A stretch of DNA of 40,746 nt from a virus (taxonomy: Duplodnaviria > Caudoviricetes). The translations under genes were made by a program, and so were the position numbers. This document shows positions 28,426-37,116 of the stretch, piece by piece (within the stretch, counting starts at the first letter, position 1; every line of letters begins with the position of its first letter). The stretch lies in IMG/VR virus record IMGVR_UViG_3300038317_000316, positions 1 through 40,746 of that record. One strand, given 5' to 3'. The notes under the pieces are model-generated. The model worked only from the letters and a program-made list of their open reading frames with translations, did no database searches and was not told the origin of the DNA.

Positions 28426-30696
28426 ATGTATAGCGTATCAGATGCTTATAAAAGTGCCATACAGGAAAACACCCGCTCCTTCACATGGTCAGGTACGATC
28501 ACTACGATTTCCGGTAAGGAATATCCATTCACAAATGAAGATATCGTAAAGGGTTCAGGTTATGTATCGAGGCAATGCTCAGGAAGCTCTGAAATCGAGC
28601 TTGGCTCTGTCTATGCGGCAGAACTGGGCATCTCTCTTTTTTCGGAAATTGACCGCTTCTCCCTTGAAAATGCAGAGATTAAGTTGTTCTTCCACTTAAA
28701 TCTTGCTGACGGCACTGTTGAGGATGTTCCAATGGGCATCTTCTTTGTTGCCGAAGCCAACCGGCAGTTAAAGACACTTGAACTCAAGGCCTACGATGCC
28801 ATGCTGAACTTCGATGAAGAATACAATGAAGCTCAATCCAGTGGATATCCATATGATCTTCTTTCCGTTATGTGCAAAGCCTGTGGTGTTGAGCTTGCCC
28901 ATACCCAGGCAGAAATTGAAGCACTACCGAATGGCACAGAACTCCTCGGCGTCTATCCTGAAAACGACATAGAAACCTGGCGCGATTTTTTGCATTACCT
29001 CTCGCAGGCACTCGGCTGTTTTGCCCAGATTAGCCGGGAGGGAAAACTCATGCTTGTGCAGTATAAAGCAGAGCCTGTTGTAACAATAAAAAACACACAT
29101 CGGTATTCATCCAGTTTTTCAGATTTCGTGACTCGGTACACCGCAATTAGCTCCACAAACGTGCGAACAGGAACAGCAGAATATTATGCACTGGAACCGG
29201 ATGATGGTCTGACCATGAATCTCGAGACTAACTACCTTCTGCAGTTTGGACTTGACGAAACCAGAAAGCGAATCCTTACATTGATACTTAACACTATCGC
29301 GATCATAGGATACGTTCCATTCGATTCTGAAACAATCGGCGATCCTTCCCTCGATCCCGGTGACATTCTGACCTTTACCGGCGGTCAGGCAGATGAAACG
29401 CAGATGGCGGCAATCACATCCATCACAGTTAAAATCAATGGGAAATGCACGCTCAAATGCGTAGGTAAAAATCCCCGCCTTTCGGAAGCCAAGAGTAAAA
29501 ATGATAAAGATATTAGTGGACTAATCAGCTCTGTAGAAGCCACAAAGATGGCGACCTATTCCTACGTGAATGCAATGGAATACAGCCTTGACGAAGAGAA
29601 GGTTCAAATCGTCAATATAGAGTTTGCCACACAGGAAGAAACCGACTGTGAGTTTAAGGCTGCCATTCTGCTAAACGTTGCCGCTAAAGATGAAACAAAA
29701 GAAATTACATCAACGGGAAGCGGCACAGCGCACTTGCCAGAGATTGATGATGAAGAAACCGGCAAAGTAATCGTTCCTGAGCAGGATCTGGATACCACAG
29801 TGTCTGTTCCCGCTTCGTGGAGTGAAAATGGTCAGGCTGTAATCACAATTACCTACGTCAAAGATGGTGCCGAAATTGAAGAATTTCATCCTCAGGAAAC
29901 ATGGCACTCCGGAATGCATATCCTGAACCTGTTTTACCCGCTTCTTGATATGGCAGAGAAAACGCTTCATACCTTTGAAGTTTGGATTTCTATCAGATTA
30001 GGCTCTGCAACCATCGCCGCACAAAATATTCTTGCCGCCATCACCGGGCAGGGCTTGGGTGCGCAGGACAGATGGGATGGCCGAATCACAGCAAGCGACG
30101 AATTTGCTTTATTACTTCTCTCCGGTATGCAGCATCTGGCACTTTCTGAAGAAGTCGAAGCCTCGCTGCTTACACCGGAACCGACTGGTGCTTCCGACCA
30201 GATTTTCAAGGTGTTGATGACAGGTATGCCGCTATATTCGCTTACAGATAATCTTCGTGTTTATGCTCCGATTGTTCATGACATCATCGATGTAAGCGAC
30301 AAAAAGAAAATGACTTACAGCAAAATCTATGTATCAGATGACGAACAGTTTGAGCTTCGAGAGGATTATGAAATTTCCGGTGGCGTTGAGAAAAACCTAA
30401 AACGTGGCCGTTTGGATTCTTTGAAAATTGCCACATCCGGTTTTGAATCACTAACAAGTCTTGTGATAAACCCATTCGTAACTGAGCCTTTCATTAACGG
30501 TTTGATTACCCACGCAAAAGCACTTACCGGAACACATTATACGAAACTTACAGACGAATCGATTGTTCTTCAAACTTCTTTCAATGAATCAATAGAGGGA
30601 ACCATGCAGGAAATTGATAAAGGAAGTCTTGCGGTTTACAACCTTGGACTAACTAATTTTGAATCGGTAACAGAACTGGAGGTAGAAAGTGGCTGA
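28426..30696 (+). CDS. Tail tip / baseplate hub-like protein
   Basis: AAGGAG SD, ATG 28426; ELGSVYAAEL, VPMGIF, AYDAML, GDPSLDPGD; position. Confidence 0.7.
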   Translation: MYSVSDAYKSAIQENTRSFTWSGTITTISGKEYPFTNEDIVKGSGYVSRQCSGSSEIELGSVYAAELGISLFSEIDRFSLENAEIKLFFHLNLADGTVEDVPMGIFFVAEANRQLKTLELKAYDAMLNFDEEYNEAQSSGYPYDLLSVMCKACGVELAHTQAEIEALPNGTELLGVYPENDIETWRDFLHYLSQALGCFAQISREGKLMLVQYKAEPVVTIKNTHRYSSSFSDFVTRYTAISSTNVRTGTAEYYALEPDDGLTMNLETNYLLQFGLDETRKRILTLILNTIAIIGYVPFDSETIGDPSLDPGDILTFTGGQADETQMAAITSITVKINGKCTLKCVGKNPRLSEAKSKNDKDISGLISSVEATKMATYSYVNAMEYSLDEEKVQIVNIEFATQEETDCEFKAAILLNVAAKDETKEITSTGSGTAHLPEIDDEETGKVIVPEQDLDTTVSVPASWSENGQAVITITYVKDGAEIEEFHPQETWHSGMHILNLFYPLLDMAEKTLHTFEVWISIRLGSATIAAQNILAAITGQGLGAQDRWDGRITASDEFALLLLSGMQHLALSEEVEASLLTPEPTGASDQIFKVLMTGMPLYSLTDNLRVYAPIVHDIIDVSDKKKMTYSKIYVSDDEQFELREDYEISGGVEKNLKRGRLDSLKIATSGFESLTSLVINPFVTEPFINGLITHAKALTGTHYTKLTDESIVLQTSFNESIEGTMQEIDKGSLAVYNLGLTNFESVTELEVESG

Positions 30697-31798
30697 TTAT
30701 TTTTTCATAAAAGAAGTGCTCTCAAGCACTGACAATATGACTATTACCCGCGACAATGTTGGAAATGACGATTCAACAGATACGTTACCGGGTGTCTCCT
30801 GGTTTACTTATAACTCTGTAGTGGCTGAGAATATCTATATCAACGGCAATTCATGGATTGGCATCGGCTCTAGTGCTGAGCAGGTAAAAGTCTGCCGCAG
30901 AGACGCAAAGGTCTATACGGTTCGTCGTGAAGAAGGCACCATATACAACTATTACAAGTTTCTACGCATTCGCTGGGAGGGATATGCAAACTATAGCTCT
31001 ACCAGCGATGACGTTAAGCTCGTATGGGATCTGCTGCTTCTTGATACCGGAGATATCGTTCTTAACCTTGAAACGATACCAACAAATACCTCCTACCTTG
31101 GAGAATCCGTGCTGGTTACAGGTGCCGGTAACATCTCCTTTACTCCTGCTTCTGGAACGGTCATATCTTTCCTGCATCAGGACGTAACAGGAACAACATT
31201 TATAAAATCAGAATCACTGCCTCTTTTGCTTGATCCGTATAACCGGCGTTACCTAATTACGGATGCAAGCAAGTCTCTTTATACCATTGTGGATGGTGTC
31301 CTGACAAAGCTTGAAGAAGCAGAGCTGACAGCAGAAGTTTTTGAAACCTACGGCATACAGGACATTCCGGATGGATCATTACTTCTTAACTTAACCGATC
31401 CGACCATTCTTTACTGGCATGATTCAGAGAACCGGTTTCCGCCATTCACGGCAAACTATACCGGAATCCCGAAACCGCAAACTATCTATTCTGAAAATAT
31501 TGATATGTCGGATGCGTCAATCATCGGCATTGAAAAAGTCACTATCGAATCAGATGACACCACACTCTTCGCCCTGTCTTTCGATGCAGGAAAAACTTGG
31601 TGGACATATTCAGATAACACATGGGCTGAACTTTCTGAAGAACAATCCGGTATGACCAAAGCTGCTCTTGAATCAATCAGTACTGATGCATGGGCTGAAA
31701 AAGCTATTACCGGACAACTAATGTATCGCATTATCATCAGCGGTACCGACGGTTACGTGAAGTCCATCACCACGGACTATCTAAATAGGGAGGAATGA
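30689..31798 (+). CDS. Tail-associated protein (beta-rich)
   Basis: GTG start after GGAGG; position; NGNSWIG and SFDAGKTW segments. Confidence 0.65.
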   Translation: MADYFFIKEVLSSTDNMTITRDNVGNDDSTDTLPGVSWFTYNSVVAENIYINGNSWIGIGSSAEQVKVCRRDAKVYTVRREEGTIYNYYKFLRIRWEGYANYSSTSDDVKLVWDLLLLDTGDIVLNLETIPTNTSYLGESVLVTGAGNISFTPASGTVISFLHQDVTGTTFIKSESLPLLLDPYNRRYLITDASKSLYTIVDGVLTKLEEAELTAEVFETYGIQDIPDGSLLLNLTDPTILYWHDSENRFPPFTANYTGIPKPQTIYSENIDMSDASIIGIEKVTIESDDTTLFALSFDAGKTWWTYSDNTWAELSEEQSGMTKAALESISTDAWAEKAITGQLMYRIIISGTDGYVKSITTDYLNREE

Positions 31799-33222
31799 TT
31801 ATGCTCAAAGGAAAAACAATTATCGAGCTTACCGATGTACGCACTGGAAAGAAAGAAATTCATAAAGATGAAAATCTCGTGACAGAAGCCGTTGCTGATA
31901 TCTTAAACACTAATATACAGGGAGCAATGTTCAATAATCCATCTTTCAACAATTCCAGTGGAGAAGCGTGGATATTACCAATCTACAAAAACATTACCGG
32001 CGGAGTCCTGCTCTACCAGAATGAACTGGAAGAAGATCCCTCAAACATCTATGCCCCACTTGATAATCCGCTGATTGGATATGCTTCTGACAATGCTAAT
32101 GATACGACTGATACACTGCGTGGCAGCAGAAACCTGACCGAGAGTAAGGCAGTGGATGGAGGATTCAAGTATGTTTGGGACTTTGCAACATCTCAAGGAA
32201 ATGGAACTATATCTGCCATATGCCTAACAAATGTTCTCGCAGGGAGAGGTGTCAAAACTGACAATGATTATTTCGTCAGGATCAAAAGCGATACGGTGAA
32301 AAGCAGTATTCCTGATGAAGACGCCGACAAGAATAGCTATCAGGATAATCAGCGCCCATACATCGGTGACGGTTACAGGCTTGAATGCATTGCAATCTAC
32401 AACTCCACTTCCGTAACACTGCGAAAAGTTCCCGAAGATTATATTCACGCAAGGCTCATGCAGAGGACTTACGGCCTTTTGGCAACGGAAGCCGAAGAAG
32501 AAACAACCGTTGAACTCAATCATTATCCTTACTGGAGTCATTTTATTGGAGGCAGTAAAGATAACACAGATGAACCCTACAATAACAGCGCGAGTGTTTT
32601 CTGCTATCTCTTTCACGCAGCCGACGGAAACTGGTATGGCCTGTCACGAAAAGAAAACAGAACCTACAGCCACACATCCGGCTCAACTGACTATTATAAT
32701 CACACAAGCTATGAATGGTTCATGGATAAGATTTCCAGCGGCACTTGCACTTCACAGAAAATAGCAATGCCTAACGAAACCAGCAGCATCTATAACATTG
32801 GTATGAGTGGCAAGTGGCTGATGTTTGCTATCGGGACAACTCTTTACAGGCTTGACACAACAAGTGTTGCAAATCTCGAAGTCGTAACAAATATCGCTTA
32901 TAACAGCTCATATAAATACACTTTTACCATTGATGACGATGTAGTAATAAACGGCTGGTATTTCCTAAATGGGGAGCCAAAACTTTATGTCGGGTATCAA
33001 GCCGAAGAGTCACGAAACCGCTGGGGAAAGAGACATATGTCCCGATACAAAACCTTCGGTTATCAGGAATACTATCAATCCTACGGTTCCTACTATTTTT
33101 CAAAAGAACTGTATCTCTTTACTCCGTATCTTGCCACGATCAATAACCTGTCCACCCCCGTCATAAAGACAGCGGATAAGACAATGAAGATAACCTATAC
33201 GCTCACAGAAACAGAGTCATAA
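31795..33222 (+). CDS. Putative receptor-binding/tail protein
   Basis: Last gene before the holin; Tyr/Ser/Asn-rich centre flanked by WDFATSQGNGTI and TINNL..PV.KT..KTMKITYTL. Confidence 0.6.
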   Translation: MIMLKGKTIIELTDVRTGKKEIHKDENLVTEAVADILNTNIQGAMFNNPSFNNSSGEAWILPIYKNITGGVLLYQNELEEDPSNIYAPLDNPLIGYASDNANDTTDTLRGSRNLTESKAVDGGFKYVWDFATSQGNGTISAICLTNVLAGRGVKTDNDYFVRIKSDTVKSSIPDEDADKNSYQDNQRPYIGDGYRLECIAIYNSTSVTLRKVPEDYIHARLMQRTYGLLATEAEEETTVELNHYPYWSHFIGGSKDNTDEPYNNSASVFCYLFHAADGNWYGLSRKENRTYSHTSGSTDYYNHTSYEWFMDKISSGTCTSQKIAMPNETSSIYNIGMSGKWLMFAIGTTLYRLDTTSVANLEVVTNIAYNSSYKYTFTIDDDVVINGWYFLNGEPKLYVGYQAEESRNRWGKRHMSRYKTFGYQEYYQSYGSYYFSKELYLFTPYLATINNLSTPVIKTADKTMKITYTLTETES

Positions 33223-33244
33223 ATCAATAGGCTCGATATAACCT

Positions 33245-33277
33245 GGCGGCTTTCCCGTATCGGAAGGCTGCCTTTTT
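33245..33277 (+). terminator. Intrinsic terminator before the lysis genes
   Basis: GGCGGCTTTCC...GGAAGGCTGCC followed by TTTTT. Confidence 0.7.
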
Positions 33278-33303
33278 CATGCACAAATTGAAGGAGGTAT
33301 CAC

Positions 33304-33723
33304 ATGAAAGAATTCTGGAATTCGATTCAATTTATATTTGCTGCTATCGGAGGCTGGCTTGGCTGGTTTCTCGGAGGATGCGACGGTCTGATGATTGCAC
33401 TTATTATCTTTGTCGTTGCGGACTACATCACGGGAGTAATGTGCGCAGTTGCCGACAAAAAATTATCATCGGCAGTCGGTTTTAAGGGTATCCGCCGAAA
33501 AGTGCTGATTTTCATTCTGGTCGGCATCGCAAACGCACTCGATATCTATGTACTTGATCATGCAGGCGTACTTAGGACGGCGATCATTTTCTTTTACATC
33601 TCAAATGAAGGTTTATCACTCATAGAAAATAGTTCCCACTTAGGTCTTCCCATACCGGAAAAACTAAAGAATGTCCTGGCGCAGCTGCATGACCGTGAAG
33701 AAAAAGAAAGTGAGGATAAGTAA
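33304..33723 (+). CDS. Holin (toxin secretion/phage lysis family)
   Basis: DYITG, LSS.VGFKGI, FYISNEG.S..EN, G.P.PEKL; transmembrane segments. Confidence 0.92.
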   Translation: MKEFWNSIQFIFAAIGGWLGWFLGGCDGLMIALIIFVVADYITGVMCAVADKKLSSAVGFKGIRRKVLIFILVGIANALDIYVLDHAGVLRTAIIFFYISNEGLSLIENSSHLGLPIPEKLKNVLAQLHDREEKESEDK

Positions 33724-33724
33724 C

Positions 33725-34761
33725 ATGACAAGAATCAAAGGAATCGACGTTTCCCGCTGGCAGGGAAATATTGACTGGGCAAGAGTAAAATCGGCAGGCA
33801 TCGGGTTTGCCATCATAAAAACCGGCGGATCTGACGACGGCTTCTATACTGACAGCAAGTGGGCAAAAAACTATGCAGGTGCCAAAGCTGCTTGTATCCC
33901 TATCGGCGCTTATTACTTTGTCGGGAAGAATTGCGTAACAGCCGCTGCAGGAAAAGCAGATGCAGAGCGCTTCCTGAAAATCCTCAAAGGCAAGCAGCTG
34001 GAGTACCCGGTCTACATGGACAATGAGGCTCAGCCTGCTTCTGCTAAAGCCGGTATCACCGAGGCTACCATTGCTTTCTGCGAGACGATGGAAAATGCTG
34101 GATACTTTGTCGGCATCTATGGTTCCACTTACTCCGGTTTTCATGACCGAATGGATGATTCCAAGCTGAAAGCATATACCCACTGGGTAGCACAGTATGC
34201 CAGCAAATGCACCTACTCCGGCGAGTACGGAATTTGGCAGTATTCTTCCAAAGGCTCTGTTGATGGTATTTCCGGAAATGTAGATATGGATTACGCCTAT
34301 ATCGATTATCCGGCCATCATCAAAGCTGGTGGATTCAATGGTTACAAGAAAACAGATGAACCTAGCGAAGATTTTTATACATTCAAGAGTAGGAATAGAA
34401 CTTTTGTTACAAGAAAACAGATGAACCTAGCGAAGGTACTGCTACGCCTGTTGCCCCGAAAAAATCTGTGACAGAGCTTGCAAAGGATGTCATAGAAGGA
34501 AAATGGGGAAATGGCACGGCTCGTAGGAATGCTCTCACCACTGCCGGATATGACTACTCCGCGGTTCAGTCAAAGGTCAACGAACTACTTTCAACACCCA
34601 CTACCGAGGCCGCTGTCTGGTACACGGTAAAACGAGGTGATACGCTCTCTGCTATTGCCTGCAAATATGGCACCAGCGTTTCGGCAATTCAAAAGCTGAA
34701 CCCAACGCTCATCAAGAATGTTAATCTCATTATCACCGGATGGAAGATCCGCGTGAAATAA
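33725..34761 (+). pseudogene. Endolysin (GH25 muramidase - Cpl-7-like - LysM) split by a 65-bp insertion
   Basis: GIDVSRWQG, D.E and WQYSS GH25 motifs in 33725-34471; [10 protein letters not shown] and Lys[14 protein letters not shown] in 34468-34761. Removing 34371-34435 fuses them in frame. Confidence 0.88.
34341..34435 (+). repeat. Exact 30-bp direct repeat flanking a 35-bp insert (repeat-spacer-repeat geometry)
   Basis: GTTACAAGAAAACAGATGAACCTAGCGAAG at 34341-34370 and 34406-34435. Confidence 0.95.
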
Positions 34762-34781
34762 CTGAATACCACATAACTTTC

Positions 34782-34820
34782 GCCTGCAAGTGTTCTTCGG
34801 AATGCCTGCAGGCTTTTTTT
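34782..34820 (+). terminator. Intrinsic terminator after the lysin
   Basis: GCCTGCAAGTGTTC-TTCG-GAATGCCTGCAGGC followed by a T7 run. Confidence 0.85.
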
Positions 34821-34829
34821 ATTTTCTTT

Positions 34830-34873
34830 CGCTCAAATCTACTCCTCATCTCCAGTGGAACTTGGAGGTGGAT
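34830..34873 (+). repeat. Dispersed element A, copy 3
   Basis: CGCTCAAAT-CTACTCC-TCATCTCCAGTGGAA-CTTGGAGGTGGAT; the arm contains the SD of the next gene. Confidence 0.85.
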
Positions 34874-34878
34874 ATGTT

Positions 34879-35085
34879 ATGACAAACGAAACCACAAATG
34901 TTCAATCTGGATATTTCACACAGGAGCGTATACAGGGCGACCTCGATTATAAAATAGCTCAGCGAATCGCAAAAAACATGCTTGATTCCGACCTTATTTC
35001 CGTTGATGAATTCAACAAATTATCGGACATTAATCTTGAAACTTTCTCTCCCTTGTTCGCGGAAATATATCCGAAAAATGCTTGA
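34879..35085 (+). CDS. Small SHOCT-like protein preceding the recombinases
   Basis: ML..DLIS.DEFNKL...N..TFSP; GGAGG SD. Confidence 0.75.
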   Translation: MTNETTNVQSGYFTQERIQGDLDYKIAQRIAKNMLDSDLISVDEFNKLSDINLETFSPLFAEIYPKNA

Positions 35086-35118
35086 TGTGTAGGCGTTTTA
35101 GAGTGATGTATAGACATG
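35080..35118 (+). promoter_or_regulatory. Dispersed element B, copy 3 (diverged), upstream of the recombinases
   Basis: GCTTGATG-N10-TTAGAGTGATGTATAGACATG. Confidence 0.6.
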
Positions 35119-35137
35119 CGAAAGGAGGAATGAGGCT

Positions 35138-36697
35138 TTGAAGAAAGTCACGAAAATTGAAGAAAATAAAAGCCTACAGGCCGACGGAAAGAAACTCCGC
35201 GTAGCTGCCTACTGCCGTGTCAGTACAGGCTCTGACGCGCAGGCCGAGAGCCTTGAAGCTCAGATTACCCACTATAAGAATTACATCAATTCCCGCAGCG
35301 ATTGGGAATACGCTGGCGTCTATTACGATGAAGGCATTACCGGCACGAAAAAGGAAAAGCGTCCGGAGCTTAAGCGCATGCTTGCAGACTGCAAAGCCGG
35401 AAAGATAGATTTTATCGTCTCGAAGTCGATCAGCCGTTTTTCTCGCAACACGACGGACTGCCTTGAACTGGTGCGAAAGCTCCTTGCTCTGAACATTCCT
35501 GTTTACTTCGAGAAGGAGAACATTAACACAGGCTCAATGGAGAGCGAGCTCTTCCTGTCGATCCTGTCCAGCATGGCCGCTGACGAATCACTTTCCATTT
35601 CAGAGAACAGCAAATGGTCGATCCAAAACAGGTTTGAAATAGGAACCTTCAAAATCAGCTACCCGCCCTACGGTTACGACTGGAACGGCGAGCAGATGGT
35701 GATAAACCCGGAGCAAAAAAAAATTGTAAGGCAGATCTTCGCTTACGCCCTCTCTGGTCAGGGCACCAGCGCCATCGCCCGGAGACTGAATGATGATCAG
35801 GTTCCCACGAAGAAAGGCGGTCGCTGGAACGCAACTACGATCAAAGGCATTCTCAGAAACGAGAAATACACGGGCGACTGCCTTTTCCAGAAGACCTACA
35901 CCGATTCACGCTTCAACCGCCATCTCAATCACGGGGAAAAGAATATGTACCTTGCCAAGGATCATCACGAAGCCATCATCAGCCATGAAGACTTCGAGGC
36001 CGCTGGGAGAATGCTTGAACAGCACGCGAAAGAAAAGAACGTCTCAGCAGACAGTAAGAAGTACCAGCAGCGCTATGCTTTTTCAGGAAAGATCATCTGC
36101 GGAGAATGCGGCAGCACCTTCAAGCGCCGGATTCATTACACAGCAGGAACGAGCTACGTCGCGTGGTGCTGTAACACCCACCTTGCTGACAAGGACGCCT
36201 GCTCGATGATGTTCATCCGAGACGAAGACCTAAAGCTGGCGTTTGTTACCATGATGAATAAGCTGGTCTTTTCCAGCCGAGTCATCCTAAAGCCATATGT
36301 AGAAGGCATCAGAAACGGCTCATCGGACGATTCTCTTCACCGGGTGCAGGAGCTGACCACTAAGCTCGCCAAGAACACAGAACAGCGGGAAGAACTACAG
36401 AAACTGGCAGCTCAAGGTTTCATCGATAAAATTCTTTTTAACACGGAAACTAACAAGCTTCTCTCCAAGGTGGATGACTGCCGCAGGGAGATCGAGGCAC
36501 TGAACAACACCGTCTCCTCGGATGTCTCCAAGGTCACGGCAGCTACCGACCTTCTGCATTTTACGGAAAAAGGTGAAATGCTGGACAGCTACGACGAGGA
36601 GCTTTTTGAAAAATATGTCAGGCAAATTACGGTAAAAAACCGCACCGAGTTCTGCTTCGAACTCAAATGCGGACTTTGCCTGACGGAAAGGATCTGA
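35138..36697 (+). CDS. Large serine recombinase 1
   Basis: [28 protein letters not shown], Zn ribbon CGECG, coiled coil. Confidence 0.95.
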   Translation: MKKVTKIEENKSLQADGKKLRVAAYCRVSTGSDAQAESLEAQITHYKNYINSRSDWEYAGVYYDEGITGTKKEKRPELKRMLADCKAGKIDFIVSKSISRFSRNTTDCLELVRKLLALNIPVYFEKENINTGSMESELFLSILSSMAADESLSISENSKWSIQNRFEIGTFKISYPPYGYDWNGEQMVINPEQKKIVRQIFAYALSGQGTSAIARRLNDDQVPTKKGGRWNATTIKGILRNEKYTGDCLFQKTYTDSRFNRHLNHGEKNMYLAKDHHEAIISHEDFEAAGRMLEQHAKEKNVSADSKKYQQRYAFSGKIICGECGSTFKRRIHYTAGTSYVAWCCNTHLADKDACSMMFIRDEDLKLAFVTMMNKLVFSSRVILKPYVEGIRNGSSDDSLHRVQELTTKLAKNTEQREELQKLAAQGFIDKILFNTETNKLLSKVDDCRREIEALNNTVSSDVSKVTAATDLLHFTEKGEMLDSYDEELFEKYVRQITVKNRTEFCFELKCGLCLTERI

Positions 36698-36699
36698 CA

Positions 36700-37116
36700 A
36701 TGGGACATACACCTTACGGATATAGAATTGAAAAAGGAAAAGCGATCATTGATGAACTCGCCGCCGCGAAGATAAGAAAACTCTATGAGGCTTATCTGGC
36801 TGGCGCGTCCTTCCAGACCGCTGCTAAAGAGGCTGGCATCGAAGTCCAGCATTGCGGAGCAAAACGAATGATAGCCAACCGCCACTACCTCGGCGATGAC
36901 TTCTATCCGGCAATCATAGACACGGATACCTTCGATAAAGCGAAAAAAGAAAAACAGCGCCGGGCAGAAGCTCTCGGACGGCTTAATCGCAAGAAGGATA
37001 AGCCTGTTCAGGCAGTGCCGACAAATTTTCGCTTTGGAAAGCCCGAAAAGAACTACAAAGATCCTGCCATGCAGGCACAGTACCTTTACGGTCTGATTGA
37101 AACGGAGGCGATGTAA
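36700..37116 (+). CDS. Small recombinase-domain protein (no catalytic domain)
   Basis: HTPYGY, N.HYLGD..YPAIID..TF. Confidence 0.8.
   Translation: MGHTPYGYRIEKGKAIIDELAAAKIRKLYEAYLAGASFQTAAKEAGIEVQHCGAKRMIANRHYLGDDFYPAIIDTDTFDKAKKEKQRRAEALGRLNRKKDKPVQAVPTNFRFGKPEKNYKDPAMQAQYLYGLIETEAM

Noticed and set aside
28426-33300. Diversity-generating retroelement targeting tail genes
   Set aside because: No reverse transcriptase ORF, and no TR/VR pair differing at adenines was seen.
34341-34435. Calling this a bona fide CRISPR array
   Set aside because: There are only two repeat copies, no leader and no cas genes, and the repeat is native lysin coding sequence. Reported as an integration scar instead.
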